The translations under genes and the position numbers were made by a program. Below, in pieces: positions 46,626 through 58,382 of a DNA stretch of 64,000 bases (positions are counted from its first letter, which is position 1; the number at the start of each line of letters is the position of its first letter). The stretch is from Candidatus Uhrbacteria bacterium (GTDB taxonomy: Bacteria > Patescibacteriota > Patescibacteriia > 2-12-FULL-60-25), in NCBI GenBank assembly GCA_020850575.1, contig JADZEJ010000002.1:238511-302510 (forward strand), in the 5' to 3' direction. Under the pieces are notes generated by a model that saw nothing but the letters and a program-made list of their open reading frames with translations, was not told the origin of the DNA and did no database searches.

Positions 46626-49394
46626 CTATTTTTCCGCTCCGTGACACTTTTTATATTTCTTACCTGAGCCACATGGACAGAGTTCATTTCGACCAACAGC
46701 TTTTATCGGTTCATTGGTGGAGTTTGTTACATTTGGTTTTTCGACAATGCCTGCAGTGCTCACAAAATTCGTAGCCGATGCTCCTTTTTCAGGCCCGGAT
46801 AAAACTACTTGGGCCGGATTTGCTCCTGCTGTTCTTGCCATTTCACTTTGCATTGAATCGATTGCTGTTTGCATTGCGATTTGTAAACGAAACACCGCAT
46901 GCGCTGACTGTTTATCAATCATTGCCAATAACTCATTGTAAAGACGAAAGGCTTCTTTTTTATATTCAACCAATGGATCACGTTGGCCGTAACTACGCAA
47001 ACCAATTCCACGACGTAAATGATCAATCGCTTCTAGATGCTCCACCCACAACATATCCGTCGCTTGAACGAGTACATTTTTTTCAATTTCACCCATACGT
47101 ACACTGTCACCAACGGATTGCTCAATTGCTTGATATTCATCTTTTGCAACTTTCATCATGCCTTCGATTAAAGCCGTACGACGAAGTACGATATCTTGTT
47201 GACTGTTTTGTTCGATAAACTCTTTTAAAGCTGTATGAACTTTATCTTTTGATGAAAATAAAGCAACGAAAGCATTTTCCAATTCATCCAAGTTCCAATT
47301 TTCAACATTTTCGTCGGCAGTATGAAATAGACTGATTTGTTCTACTTCTCTTTCGATCGCAGTCATCACCATCGCTTTAACCGGACGTTCTCCGTCAATG
47401 GTTGGCGTGTGAGCCAATTTCAAAACCTCGCGACGGTGTTTGTAAACAACCATGCGATGCTTGTTTAGAACATCATCGTATTCAAGTAAGTGTTTTCGAA
47501 TGTCGAAGTGATGACCTTCAACTTTTTTCTGCGCGCCCTCAATGGCTCGTGATAACATCTTACTCTCAATCGCTTCGTCCTCCGGCACGCGAAATAATTC
47601 CATATTCCGCTTCATGCGATCGGTACCAAAAATACGCATTAAATCATCTTCCATTGAAACATAAAATTGAGTTTGACCGGGATCGCCTTGGCGACCTGAA
47701 CGACCACGCAACTGGTTGTCGATACGACGTGATTCGTGACGCTCCGTACCGAGTACAAATAAACCACCGAGAGCACGCACCTCTTCTGCTTCTTTTGGAT
47801 CAACCGGATTTCCACCTAAAATAATATCAACACCACGACCTGCCATATTTGTCGCAATCGTCACGGCACCTTTACGACCAGCTTGGGCGATAAACTCAGC
47901 TTCATGTTCATGATTCTTCGCATTCAATAAATTAAATGGAATACCTTCCATGCGAAGCAATTCTGATAAAATTTCATTTTTTTCTATAGAAGATGTACCA
48001 ACAAGCACTGGTTGACCTTTTTCATGCAATGTTCGGATTTCACGAATCACAGCTTTAAATTTTCCTAACTCGGTTTTGTATACTCGATCTGGAAGATCTT
48101 TACGCTGCGTTTCACGATTTGTCGGAATTTGCAACACCTCAAGTTTATAGATCTTATAGAATTCTTCCGCTTCAGTCATGGCTGTACCTGTCATGCCTGA
48201 CAGCTTTGAATATAATCGAAATAAATTCTGAAATGTAATTGTTGCCATGGTCACCGACTCGCGCTGGATCGTAACGTGTTCTTTGGCTTCTATCGCTTGG
48301 TGCAAACCTTCGGAATATCGACGTCCTTGCATTAAGCGTCCTGTAAACTCATCAACGATGATAACCTCATCGTTCTGTACAACATAATCTTTATCTCTCT
48401 TATATAAAACGTTTGCTCGTAATGCCTGCTCAAGGTGATGAACCATCCGCAAACCGCCTTGCACATATAAGTTTTCGACTCCGAGCCACTGTTCTATTTT
48501 ATTGATACCACTTTCCGTTAACGTTGCCGCCCGTAATTTTTCGTCAATTGTATAATCTGTCGTTATTTCAAGTCGAGAAACGAGTTCCGCAAAACGATAA
48601 TACATCTCGCCCGGATCTTCGGCTGGTGCACTAATAATGAGAGGTGTGCGAGCTTCGTCGATTAAAATAGAGTCTACTTCGTCGATAACCGCGAAATGCA
48701 ATTCACGCTGCACCATATCGGTCACCGAACCAACCATATTATCGCGTAAATAATCAAAACCGAATTCATTATTGGTACCGTAGGTAATATCGGCAGTATA
48801 TGCTTCGTGACGACTAACCGGACGGAGATAGTCCATATCCACACGAAAAGATCCTGTTTGATCACGCTCCTGATCATGTTCAACTTCGTTTTTAAAGCTT
48901 GGATCATAACGAAACCCGCCTTCATGTTGAATGCAGCCAATCGTTAGACCTAATAAGTGATACACCTGACCCATCCAAACTGCATCACGGCGTGCAAGAT
49001 AATCATTCACCGTAATCACATGCACACCTTTGCCGGTTAACGCATTCAAATAAGTCGGAGCCGCTGCGGTCAAGGTTTTACCCTCACCGGTACGCATTTC
49101 TGCAATCATTCCCATGTGTAGAGCAATACCTCCGATTAACTGAACGTCGTATTGGCGCTGTTTCAATACACGAAAAGAGGCTTCTCGCACAATCGCAAAA
49201 GCTTCAGGCAAAATTGCCTCCATTGTTTCACCTTGGAGAAGGCGTTGTTTGAATTCATCGGTTTTTGAACGTAACCCTTCATCAGACAAGGTTTGGATAC
49301 TTGTTTCAAGATTATTTACATTGTCTACTATTTTGCGTAATTTTGCGACTTCTTTTGCATTCGGATCACCGAAAATGTTAGACAAAAAACTCAT
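46626..49394 (-). CDS. secA: preprotein translocase ATPase SecA
   Basis: MRTGEGKT, the DEAD-like motor and a C-terminal CPCGSGKKYKKCHG zinc tail. Confidence 0.97.
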   Translation of the reverse strand: MSFLSNIFGDPNAKEVAKLRKIVDNVNNLETSIQTLSDEGLRSKTDEFKQRLLQGETMEAILPEAFAIVREASFRVLKQRQYDVQLIGGIALHMGMIAEMRTGEGKTLTAAAPTYLNALTGKGVHVITVNDYLARRDAVWMGQVYHLLGLTIGCIQHEGGFRYDPSFKNEVEHDQERDQTGSFRVDMDYLRPVSRHEAYTADITYGTNNEFGFDYLRDNMVGSVTDMVQRELHFAVIDEVDSILIDEARTPLIISAPAEDPGEMYYRFAELVSRLEITTDYTIDEKLRAATLTESGINKIEQWLGVENLYVQGGLRMVHHLEQALRANVLYKRDKDYVVQNDEVIIVDEFTGRLMQGRRYSEGLHQAIEAKEHVTIQRESVTMATITFQNLFRLYSKLSGMTGTAMTEAEEFYKIYKLEVLQIPTNRETQRKDLPDRVYKTELGKFKAVIREIRTLHEKGQPVLVGTSSIEKNEILSELLRMEGIPFNLLNAKNHEHEAEFIAQAGRKGAVTIATNMAGRGVDIILGGNPVDPKEAEEVRALGGLFVLGTERHESRRIDNQLRGRSGRQGDPGQTQFYVSMEDDLMRIFGTDRMKRNMELFRVPEDEAIESKMLSRAIEGAQKKVEGHHFDIRKHLLEYDDVLNKHRMVVYKHRREVLKLAHTPTIDGERPVKAMVMTAIEREVEQISLFHTADENVENWNLDELENAFVALFSSKDKVHTALKEFIEQNSQQDIVLRRTALIEGMMKVAKDEYQAIEQSVGDSVRMGEIEKNVLVQATDMLWVEHLEAIDHLRRGIGLRSYGQRDPLVEYKKEAFRLYNELLAMIDKQSAHAVFRLQIAMQTAIDSMQSEMARTAGANPAQVVLSGPEKGASATNFVSTAGIVEKPNVTNSTNEPIKAVGRNELCPCGSGKKYKKCHGAEK

Positions 49395-49477
49395 ATATTA
49401 GCGTATTCTTGCATAACTTAAACAAAAAAGAAAGCCCCCGTATATGGTTAAGCTTTCTTTTTCTGAGAAGTGTATTC

Positions 49478-49945
49478 TTATTTAATCTCTGAACAAGCTT
49501 TGCTAGCAGCCTGGTGGGCGGCGACAATTTCATTGTGAGTCGCTTTCCATGCATCCACACGAGCTTTTCGTGCAGCTACACGAGCGTCATTTGCGGCTTT
49601 ACGTTCAGCTTTCCAGGTTTCACGAGCTGCTTTGGCAGCAACAGAGTCTTTTGCATCAAGAGCAGCTTTACGTGCGGCTACATATTTATCCCAAGCTGTT
49701 TTCACTGATGCTTGGAAAGTGTCTAAATCCGTTTTTGCAGCAGCCACCCGTGTTGACCATGCTGCTGTTGCGGATTCAATTCGTTTTGCTTGTGCCTGCT
49801 TACGACATTCGAAACGTTGCGTCATGGCACTTGTTCTCGCTTCCATGCGTGCCTGTACTGTGCTTCCGTCCTCCATCGCAAAGGCAGGTGTAGCAACAAG
49901 AGTTAATAAAGTCGAACCAGCGATACAAGCTTGAGTAAGCTTCAT
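49478..49945 (-). CDS. secreted Ala/Lys-rich helical protein
   Basis: The start MKLTQACIAGSTLLTLVATPAFA is a signal peptide. The tracked ORF extends upstream to 50164 across hpf, which is implausible. Confidence 0.6.
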   Translation of the reverse strand: MKLTQACIAGSTLLTLVATPAFAMEDGSTVQARMEARTSAMTQRFECRKQAQAKRIESATAAWSTRVAAAKTDLDTFQASVKTAWDKYVAARKAALDAKDSVAAKAARETWKAERKAANDARVAARKARVDAWKATHNEIVAAHQAASKACSEIK

Positions 49946-50021
49946 ATAGATAAGGTTATGTGAATAATTGAACGAGTTTTTGGGGCTCGATATTGTCTTA
50001 TACCTTCTATTCCATCTTTTG

Positions 50022-50384
50022 TTACACGTCACTCTCTTCTGATAATTCCGATATTTCTGAATCTCTGTCACTTTTACGGCGTGCATCAAGAACCTTTTCT
50101 TTTCGTTGCGACAATGCTTCACGTAAATGATCACGAACTTTGTCGATCGCCTTATATAAATCATCTGCTTCCCGTTCGATCTTCATATCATCACCTGAAA
50201 AAAGCACATGAGCCGAACATACATATACATTGCCATTTTGATGATGATGCGAGCTACGACCTACTTCTATATCAATCATTTGAATTTGAGATTCGTATTT
50301 GTCTAAACTGGAAAACTTTTCTTCAACATACGCACGAATCGCCTCGGTTAAATCAATCTGAATCCCACGAATATTTATTGTCAT
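50022..50384 (-). CDS. hpf: ribosome hibernation promoting factor (HPF/RaiA family)
   Basis: MTINIRGIQIDLTEAIRAYVEEKFSSLDKY.. Confidence 0.9.
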   Translation of the reverse strand: MTINIRGIQIDLTEAIRAYVEEKFSSLDKYESQIQMIDIEVGRSSHHHQNGNVYVCSAHVLFSGDDMKIEREADDLYKAIDKVRDHLREALSQRKEKVLDARRKSDRDSEISELSEESDV

Positions 50385-50455
50385 ATCAGAAATTTCATTA
50401 AGGAATTATGGGTACATTAAGCATAAACCCTTCGTTGGATAAATGCCAACATTTT

Positions 50456-51436
50456 TTAGAATCCCACATATTGAATTTCATCTTCAAGAAGAATGCCATA
50501 TTCATCACGAATTTTCATCTTAATTAGACTAGATAACTGAATTACATCTTGCGCTTTTGCCTGACCAAGATTGACCAAAAAATTTCCATGAATTGGACTC
50601 ACTTGTGCCCGACCAATGGTTTTTCCCTTTAAACCAAGTTTATCAATTAACCAGCCGGCAGGAATTCTTTTATTTTGAAGAAAATCTAACGGAATTTCAG
50701 CTTCATGTTTTAATTTTTCAAGCTCTTTTTCATCTTGAAATGATGCATTTTTAAAGAGACAACCCGCAGTAAAAGCTCCTTGTGGTTGCGTTTCTTTTCT
50801 CTTAGACATTATTTCGGTTATTTTTTCTTTGGCTTTTATTTTGTCTCCCATTTTCAAATTCAGTGTTGTTGACAAAATAATATGTGGTTCGTGCTTAAAA
50901 TGACTATCACGGTACCCAAACCTACATTCGACATTTGAGTATGTCACAAAAACAGCATCCGCTAAACGCAATGCATCGACAGTTTCGATATGATCTTTTA
51001 TCTCGCCACCAAAACACCCAGCATTCCCGTATACTGCTCCACCAATTGTTCCCGGAACGCCGACACCCCACTCAAATCCTTCGAGCCCAGCCTCCACGGA
51101 AGCACGGGCAATAAGTGCAGTGAACGCACCAGCGGCAATACGCACATGATTTCCTTCTATCTTATATGTAGTGTCCGCAACTTGAATTACCAAACCTTCA
51201 TATCCTTCATCTGATACAAGTATATTCGAACCGCCTCCAATTACACTAAAAGGAATACCCGCTTCACGAGAAACAGAGACGGCATGTATTACGTCCTCAA
51301 GTGTTTTTGCAAGGTAAAAAAAACGTGCTGGTCCACCAATTTTTAAGTACGTATGAAGCGACATGGATTCATCCTGTTTAACCTGAGGCAGTGCTTTCAT
51401 AACTGCTTCAATTTGTTGGTCGGTGAGCTGGTTCAT
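50456..51436 (-). CDS. murB: UDP-N-acetylenolpyruvoylglucosamine reductase
   Basis: FAD-binding LKIGGPA, IGGGSNIL, and adjacency to murC. Confidence 0.9.
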   Translation of the reverse strand: MNQLTDQQIEAVMKALPQVKQDESMSLHTYLKIGGPARFFYLAKTLEDVIHAVSVSREAGIPFSVIGGGSNILVSDEGYEGLVIQVADTTYKIEGNHVRIAAGAFTALIARASVEAGLEGFEWGVGVPGTIGGAVYGNAGCFGGEIKDHIETVDALRLADAVFVTYSNVECRFGYRDSHFKHEPHIILSTTLNLKMGDKIKAKEKITEIMSKRKETQPQGAFTAGCLFKNASFQDEKELEKLKHEAEIPLDFLQNKRIPAGWLIDKLGLKGKTIGRAQVSPIHGNFLVNLGQAKAQDVIQLSSLIKMKIRDEYGILLEDEIQYVGF

Positions 51437-52890
51437 ACAAGTGACTGACGTATCGCTGCATCAATATCCCCTGCACCCATCACGATTAAAATATCGCCAG
51501 GTTTTGATAATGTACGAGCGATTTGAACAGCTTGTTTCGGGTTCTCCGCATATTCAACCGTACGACTTTTTCCATGCTCCGCATCACGACGCGCAATAAC
51601 ATCCAAAAAATCTTTCGAAGAAATGTGTTCATCTTCCGCTCCATCACGTCCAGCGACATCGTATATTTCACACAAGACCAGGCTATCGGCTTCATCAAAA
51701 CTAGACTCGAACTCAAAAAAAAGATGCTTTGTTCGATTTCGATGATGCGGTTGAAAGCATAAAATAATTTTTGAGTCAGGAAATGATTCATGCGCAGCGA
51801 CTAATGTTTGTGAAACTGCCGTTGGATGGTGACCGTAATCAGTAAAAATATGAACTCCGTCGTGCAATCCCAAAGATTCGAAACGTCTCCAAATGCCGGT
51901 AAACGTATCCAGTGACGAAATAGCTTTTGTTATATCAGCCCCCAGCGCTTGCGCCATTACGAGCGCACCCATCGCATTAATCGCATTAAAAAGACCCGGA
52001 ATTTGCAGATGGATCGGATACGTTTTTTGTAAAGGTGAAAACAGTTGGAACACTTGTACTCCTTGAAAAACTTGAGCTTCATTAAATTTTGCCGAGATGA
52101 GATCAGTTGATTGAATCACTTTACGTTGTTCAATACGCCATTGAGACTCAGCGTTAAACGGAATTACCTGTATATTTCGTGCAGCGAGTTTTGTCGACAT
52201 GTCCATCAAAAGCTGTTTGACGTTTCTATCGGCAATATTCGCAATAATAATACCATCATGTTGCACGTTATTCAGTAAGTCACAAAAAGCTGCAATCATT
52301 GATTTAAGATCAGTAAAAATATCTGTGTGATCAAGTTCAATGTTATTGATGAGTACGGCATATGGTCTAAACTCCAAAAAATGTTTGGCGTATTCATCCC
52401 CTTCGATAACTACTATATCCGATGAACCACGAAATATGTTTCCTTCTTCAAAATCCGGCACTTTACTTCCCACGATAACCGTCGGATGCATTTCAGCTGC
52501 AATCAAAGCACGACCAAGCATAGCTGTCGTTGTGCTTTTGCCGTGAGTTCCAGTTACTAGTACAACTTTTTTAGTTAAAAACCATTGAGCGATAAATTCG
52601 AAATTCGTGCGTTCAGGAATTCCTCGTCGTTTTGCTTCACGTCTTTCACGATTTGTTTCCGGTGCGGCAGAAGTATAGATTAAAAGTTCTGCATCAGGAG
52701 GAATAAAAGATTCATCTTCTCCAATATGAATTGTCGCGCCTCGATCCGATAATACCTTGGTTTGATCATTTTCTTTTATATCAGAACCTGAAACACGAAT
52801 GCCAGCCGCCAATAACAGCTTAGCAAGCGCTGACATGTTAATACCACCGATACCGGTTAGGTGGACAGAAGAAAGTTGTCGGATATTCAT
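51433..52890 (-). CDS. murC: UDP-N-acetylmuramate--L-alanine ligase
   Basis: HLTGIGGINMSALA and GTHGKSTTT. Confidence 0.92.
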   Translation of the reverse strand: MNIRQLSSVHLTGIGGINMSALAKLLLAAGIRVSGSDIKENDQTKVLSDRGATIHIGEDESFIPPDAELLIYTSAAPETNRERREAKRRGIPERTNFEFIAQWFLTKKVVLVTGTHGKSTTTAMLGRALIAAEMHPTVIVGSKVPDFEEGNIFRGSSDIVVIEGDEYAKHFLEFRPYAVLINNIELDHTDIFTDLKSMIAAFCDLLNNVQHDGIIIANIADRNVKQLLMDMSTKLAARNIQVIPFNAESQWRIEQRKVIQSTDLISAKFNEAQVFQGVQVFQLFSPLQKTYPIHLQIPGLFNAINAMGALVMAQALGADITKAISSLDTFTGIWRRFESLGLHDGVHIFTDYGHHPTAVSQTLVAAHESFPDSKIILCFQPHHRNRTKHLFFEFESSFDEADSLVLCEIYDVAGRDGAEDEHISSKDFLDVIARRDAEHGKSRTVEYAENPKQAVQIARTLSKPGDILIVMGAGDIDAAIRQSLV

Positions 52891-53009
52891 AAGAATAGGC
52901 TACACGGCAAAAACTAAGCAGGCAAACCGATTCATCGTGATGTTCCAGATTGTTGAAAAATTCATATTCAGGTTTGCCTTTCTTCGACGCCCGCATTACG
53001 CTTTTCAAC

Positions 53010-54287
53010 ATGTCACAACTTTCTCATTCCGATCCTCAGCTAGCTCAATTGCTTGATGCTGAACTCGAACGTCAGCGTCATGGTCTTGAGCTTATTGCAA
53101 GTGAAAATTATGTCAGTCCGGCAGTCCTTGAAGCTTTAGGCACTTCGCTGACAAATAAATATTCAGAAGGTTATCCAGGTAAACGATACTATGGAGGCAA
53201 TCAGATTATTGATCAGATAGAAGAACTCGCAATTCATCGAGCAAGAAAATTATTCGATGCGGAACACGTTAATGTGCAACCACATGCGGGATCACAAGCA
53301 AATTTTGCAGTTTACTTGGCTTTGTGTAAACCAGGCGATACGGTTTTGGCGATGGATTTGTCGCATGGCGGACATCTTACGCATGGATCGACGGCAAATT
53401 TTTCAGGAAAGTTATTTCGCATAATACCGTATGGCGTAGACAAGAATACGGAATGCATAGACATGAATGCCGTACGACAGCTGGCTCTCAAAGAAAAACC
53501 ACGCATGATTATCGCAGGTTTTAGCGCCTATCCACGAACGTTAGATTTTACTGCATTCGCTGATATCGCAAAGGAAGTTGGTGCATACCTATTTGTAGAT
53601 ATGGCGCACGTAGCCGGTTTAATTGCCGCGAAACTCTATCCAAATCCAATTCCACATGCAGATGTCGTCACAACTACAACGCATAAAACATTACGTGGAC
53701 CTCGTGGTGCAATTATTTTATCGCGTGTGCAAGATCGTCTTGATCCAGATGGAAAAAAAACGTTGTCGCAAAAAATTGACAGTGCGGTTTTTCCGGGAAC
53801 ACAAGGGGGTCCATTAGAACATGTAATCGCCGCAAAAGCAGTCTGTTTTGGAGAAGCGTTGCAATCTCATTTTGTGACTTATCAAAAACAAGTTCTGAAA
53901 AATGCACAAGCTCTTGCAAAAGTATTACAAGAAGGTGGTGCTCGTTTGGTTTCTGGAGGTACGGATAACCATCTACTCCTTGTGGACTTGTCTCCATTTG
54001 GCATTGGAGGAAAATTAGCCGAAGAGGTCTTAGAAATTGCAGGAATCAGCATCAACAAAAATATGGTGCCTTTTGATACACGAAAGCCGACGGATCCTTC
54101 AGGTATTCGTTTAGGGACTCCTGCGATAACTACCCGCGGTTTTGATGAAATCGCAACACGTACACTAGGCAATCTCATTTTGACCATTCTGAAAAATCCA
54201 ACAGAAATTCAAGCGCTTACAGTCCTCAAGGAAGTAAAAGAGTTAGCTCAGGCTTTTCCACTGTATCCTAAAGATCCTATTATTTGA
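53010..54287 (+). CDS. glyA: serine hydroxymethyltransferase
   Basis: [11 protein letters not shown] and [16 protein letters not shown] at 53010. The tracked ORF starts at 52950. Confidence 0.95.
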   Translation: MSQLSHSDPQLAQLLDAELERQRHGLELIASENYVSPAVLEALGTSLTNKYSEGYPGKRYYGGNQIIDQIEELAIHRARKLFDAEHVNVQPHAGSQANFAVYLALCKPGDTVLAMDLSHGGHLTHGSTANFSGKLFRIIPYGVDKNTECIDMNAVRQLALKEKPRMIIAGFSAYPRTLDFTAFADIAKEVGAYLFVDMAHVAGLIAAKLYPNPIPHADVVTTTTHKTLRGPRGAIILSRVQDRLDPDGKKTLSQKIDSAVFPGTQGGPLEHVIAAKAVCFGEALQSHFVTYQKQVLKNAQALAKVLQEGGARLVSGGTDNHLLLVDLSPFGIGGKLAEEVLEIAGISINKNMVPFDTRKPTDPSGIRLGTPAITTRGFDEIATRTLGNLILTILKNPTEIQALTVLKEVKELAQAFPLYPKDPII

Positions 54288-54411
54288 TCATTTTTAACGG
54301 ACAACGTACAGGTAATTGATATCCTATGTATTTTAGATATTTCTTCTAACAATCCATATTAGGATATGTTACACATTGCAAGGTGTAACAACTTGCCGTA
54401 TCGTGAACTTT

Positions 54412-55278
54412 ATGAAAAGACTTTCGGGGAAAATACTCTCTCAAAAAATCAATGATGAGACAAAAGTCTTGGTACAAAAACTCGCTAAGCCACCTTGTTT
54501 AGCCGTCCTTTTGGTTGGGACTGATCCAGCCTCGCATTTGTATGTTTCTTTGAAAGAAAAAATGGCTCATGAATTAGGTATCAAAACAGTTATTCGTCGT
54601 GTTCCAGCACAGACGCCAGATACGTTATTACTTGAATTAATTGATGAATGGAATCGGAATTCTGATATTCACGGCATTTTAATTCAGGTTCCCTTGCCAC
54701 CAGGACATGATACAGATGCGCTCATCCAAGCAATGAGTCCCGAGAAAGATGTTGATACCTTTCATCCAACCAATATCAAGCGCCTACTTGCCGGTGAAGC
54801 ACAGATACTATCACCAGTACATGAAGGCATTATGCGCTTAATCGCATCAACGGGCATCGCAATTAATCATGCTCGTACTGCTGTAATAATGAATTCTGAG
54901 ACTTTTGCCAAACCACTTGGATATGTTTTAAGCCGTGCCGGTGCCGTGGTTGAATACATGTCTCCAGATACGTTTGATGCTGAACACTGCAGAACATGCG
55001 ACATCATCGTGATCGCAGTTGGGCAAAAGAAATTTTTGAAAAAAAATGCCGTTAAAAATGGCGCTGTCATTATCGATGTTGGAACAAATCGTGAAAGTGA
55101 CGGACGTGTTGTCGGGGATGTTGATTTTCTTGATGTTTCCGAGCTGGATGGTTGGCTCACGCCCGTACCTGGTGGCGTCGGTCCGATGACTATTGCTATT
55201 TTATTAAAAAATGTTGTTACTTTGGCTACTCCATCATTCCCTCGCCAAGAACCGCTGCAATCTTCTTTCGGCGGGTAA
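54412..55278 (+). CDS. folD: bifunctional methylene-THF dehydrogenase/cyclohydrolase
   Basis: LAVLLVGTDPASHLYV, HGILIQVPLP and PVPGGVGPMT. Confidence 0.93.
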   Translation: MKRLSGKILSQKINDETKVLVQKLAKPPCLAVLLVGTDPASHLYVSLKEKMAHELGIKTVIRRVPAQTPDTLLLELIDEWNRNSDIHGILIQVPLPPGHDTDALIQAMSPEKDVDTFHPTNIKRLLAGEAQILSPVHEGIMRLIASTGIAINHARTAVIMNSETFAKPLGYVLSRAGAVVEYMSPDTFDAEHCRTCDIIVIAVGQKKFLKKNAVKNGAVIIDVGTNRESDGRVVGDVDFLDVSELDGWLTPVPGGVGPMTIAILLKNVVTLATPSFPRQEPLQSSFGG

Positions 55279-55636
55279 TATACACTGCCGACAAAATTGC
55301 AATAACATCAATCACGTACTGTACATGTAAATAATAATCTTGAATCAAAAAATAAACATACCCATATTGCATCATTTCAACAGCAACTTGTAAGGAAAAT
55401 GTTGTCACGAACCAGATCGTCAAAAACATTACTCCATCACGTTTTCCCGGTAAGCGTTTTTGAAAAGCCCAAGTGGCAAATCCAAAAGACAGTAGAAAAT
55501 TTATTATCCAAATAGGAAATGCTAGTAATATTCCTCGCAAACCAACAAAAACATATATTGAAAGAAGTGCAAAGACGACATATGAAAATGTCCAATGCAG
55601 AACTGAAATACTAAGAAAGCGAAACCACATACTCAT
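55226..55636 (-). CDS. small integral membrane protein
   Basis: 136 aa with four hydrophobic segments, coupled to the upstream permease gene. Confidence 0.55.
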   Translation of the reverse strand: MSMWFRFLSISVLHWTFSYVVFALLSIYVFVGLRGILLAFPIWIINFLLSFGFATWAFQKRLPGKRDGVMFLTIWFVTTFSLQVAVEMMQYGYVYFLIQDYYLHVQYVIDVIAILSAVYITRRKKIAAVLGEGMME

Positions 55637-56733
55637 GTTAGGTTAAGAATACGTGAAATCAGAATTAAAAGAAAGATACCGCTAATTCCGAGCGGCCAAT
55701 ATATTTTTTTTAATCTAACTACCATCACTGTGGCAAAGATCGCATTCAAAGCATTAAAAAATCCTCCAATAAAACTAACTATCGAAAGAAAATTTCTTTG
55801 CGTAATAAATAAAAGGATTAAAGGTGCCGATAGGGCAAGAACTTTCGCAGTGTTTTTATGAAGCTTTGCATCTGCCACCAACATACGTCTCATTCCTTCC
55901 ATCAAGGTAATAAAAGAAGTTGCCACAGCTAAAAATCCAATTACCGGAATTATGAGACGTGTGCGAGCAGATAAAACAGACGCATACCCAAGCGCTGATG
56001 TGTCGTTACTCGGCGCCGCCGCATAAGCCATGACACCGAATAACCACATTAATAAAGCTGCACCAAGCGTTCCAAATGTAATACTTTGATGCACGGGTTC
56101 ACGTTTACTGCCGGCCAATTCAACAATTTCAGGAATTACCGATAAACCAAATAACGAAAAAACTAAGATACCGATGGGTGACCATGCCCATTCTGCTTGG
56201 ACTTGAAAAAACAAATTAGGATCGGCAATTTTAGAAAAGAGAACTACTGACATTAATAAAGAAGCGACCAATATCCAGGTAAGCCATGATTCAATTTTTG
56301 CAATAAAATTCAAACCAATCAGTACCGTTACTGCGCCTCCCGCCCAAAATACAAACTGCCAAAATAAGACAGATGAAATAATTTTTTCGCCTCCAAGAGC
56401 ATATAAAAACTCTCCACCCAAAACGATATATGCTAAACAAGCCCCGATGATTTGACTTGGATGTGTCAAGAAAGCGATTTTCCCCCAATTTGGTCCCAAA
56501 ATAGAAGACACCATTCCAGGCAGCCTCATTCTTCTAAAGATTGTTTTTTGTAAAATGACTTCAGAAAATAACAAATGTGTTACCAGTACCAAGATAGCGA
56601 TCAACCAATAGATCAAACTTCCCCAACCGATTCCGTACTGTCGGAAGACAGAAGGAATCGCAAACACTCCAGCTCCTATAATGGTTCCTAACATCGCAAG
56701 AGCTGCACGCAAACTTTGTTTATTGATTGACAT
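55633..56733 (-). CDS. amino-acid permease-like transporter
   Basis: 366-aa polytopic protein with an N-terminal GTIIGAGVFAIP motif. Confidence 0.65.
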   Translation of the reverse strand: MSINKQSLRAALAMLGTIIGAGVFAIPSVFRQYGIGWGSLIYWLIAILVLVTHLLFSEVILQKTIFRRMRLPGMVSSILGPNWGKIAFLTHPSQIIGACLAYIVLGGEFLYALGGEKIISSVLFWQFVFWAGGAVTVLIGLNFIAKIESWLTWILVASLLMSVVLFSKIADPNLFFQVQAEWAWSPIGILVFSLFGLSVIPEIVELAGSKREPVHQSITFGTLGAALLMWLFGVMAYAAAPSNDTSALGYASVLSARTRLIIPVIGFLAVATSFITLMEGMRRMLVADAKLHKNTAKVLALSAPLILLFITQRNFLSIVSFIGGFFNALNAIFATVMVVRLKKIYWPLGISGIFLLILISRILNLT

Positions 56734-56801
56734 TTATCATATGATAACACTTTTTTTATCGTTTTTGACATTTCTGTTTTTGATGTCTACGGTATAGCCA
56801 T

Positions 56802-58292
56802 ATGAGCAGTGGTATTGAGCGTATTCCACCCCAAAATTTGGAAGCTGAGCAATCTTTGCTGGGTTCCTTATTGCTCGATAAGGATGCCGTCATCAAAATC
56901 GGTGACCAAGTGAATGAAGAAGACTTTTATGCGGATAAGCACCGCTTGATTTTTGAAGCAATGCTCGACTTATTTCGTCGTCATGAACCAATTGATATTT
57001 TATCTCTCACGAATCGTCTTCAGGAGAAAGAACAACTCGAACGTATCGGTGGTCGCTCCTACTTGATTCATCTTTCTAATGTTGTTCCTACGGCGAGCAA
57101 TGTAATCCACTACGCGCATATCGTACAAAAGAAATCGACTTTGCGCCGTCTTTTGTCCGCTGCGGGTGATATTACTGAACTAGGTTTTCAAGAAGCTGAA
57201 GATATTCATGAAATATTGGATGAAGCAGAACAGAAGCTATTTAATGTTTCGCAGAAATTCCTAAAAACCTCATTTACTCCAATACAAAATATTTTGGATG
57301 GTGCATTTGAACGTATTGATGAACTCCACAAGGAAAAAGGGAAATTACGCGGAACGCCAACAGGATATGTTGATTTAGACCAACTTCTCGGAGGTTTACA
57401 AAAATCGGACTTAATCATTCTGGCAGCCCGTCCCGCTTGTGGTAAGACTTCATTTGCTTTGGATATTGCACGCCACGCGGCAGTCAAAAACAAGGTTGGC
57501 GTTGGTTTGTTTTCATTAGAAATGAATAAGGAACAATTGGTCGATCGCTTGATTTGTGCAGAGGCGAATGTCAATCTATGGAGTTTACGTACGGGTCATT
57601 TATCCGAGTCCGGACCAAATGATGATTTTTCTCGCATTGGTCATGCGCTCGGCGTTTTGAGTGAGGCTCCGATTTATATCGATGATTCTGCAGCGGCAAC
57701 GATTATGGACGTACGAACAAAAGCACGTCGTCTACAGATGGAAAAAGGTCTTGGCTTGCTTGTCATAGATTATTTACAGCTCATGGAATCAAGTTCAAAA
57801 AATTCCGGAGATAATCGTGTACAAGAAATATCCGAAATCACTCGTGGTCTAAAAGCGATTGCTCGTGAACTAAATATCCCAGTTATCGCTTTGTCTCAAT
57901 TGTCACGTCAGGTTGAAATGCAAAAACCAGCAATTCCACGCTTAGCGCATTTACGTGAATCAGGGTCAATTGAACAGGATGCCGATATTGTTATGTTTAT
58001 TTACCGCAAAGCCGCGGATCGTAATTATCGTTTGGAAGATTTATCTCCAGAAGAAAAACATTTAGCTGAAATCCATGTCGCTAAACACCGCAATGGTCCC
58101 ATCGGATTGATTAATCTCTTTTTTGATGACTCACGTGCTTGTTTTCGTAATTTAGCCAAGAAATCACAGAATGCGATTTCGTCTCAACCACTACCCGCAA
58201 ACACTCAAATACATTCACCTTCTAATTCACAAGCTCCAACATTTGATCCAAATACAGTCATCGTATCTACTCCTCCGCCAAATACCTTCTAA
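56802..58292 (+). CDS. dnaB: replicative DNA helicase
   Basis: PPQNLEAEQSLLGSLL, ARPACGKTSF and ESGSIEQDAD. Confidence 0.95.
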   Translation: MSSGIERIPPQNLEAEQSLLGSLLLDKDAVIKIGDQVNEEDFYADKHRLIFEAMLDLFRRHEPIDILSLTNRLQEKEQLERIGGRSYLIHLSNVVPTASNVIHYAHIVQKKSTLRRLLSAAGDITELGFQEAEDIHEILDEAEQKLFNVSQKFLKTSFTPIQNILDGAFERIDELHKEKGKLRGTPTGYVDLDQLLGGLQKSDLIILAARPACGKTSFALDIARHAAVKNKVGVGLFSLEMNKEQLVDRLICAEANVNLWSLRTGHLSESGPNDDFSRIGHALGVLSEAPIYIDDSAAATIMDVRTKARRLQMEKGLGLLVIDYLQLMESSSKNSGDNRVQEISEITRGLKAIARELNIPVIALSQLSRQVEMQKPAIPRLAHLRESGSIEQDADIVMFIYRKAADRNYRLEDLSPEEKHLAEIHVAKHRNGPIGLINLFFDDSRACFRNLAKKSQNAISSQPLPANTQIHSPSNSQAPTFDPNTVIVSTPPPNTF

Positions 58293-58382
58293 AGAAGACT
58301 ATTCTTTTCTACGAAATAATTTTTTGTTTTTTTTACTCACCCTCTCCCCAAAATAGAACACTTCGGGTAAGCTGCAAATCAT

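Noticed and set aside
49946-50164. N-terminal 73 residues of tracked ORF 49478..50164
   Set aside because: This part overlaps the hpf 3' end and translates as basic junk. The internal Met at 49945 starts a clean signal peptide.
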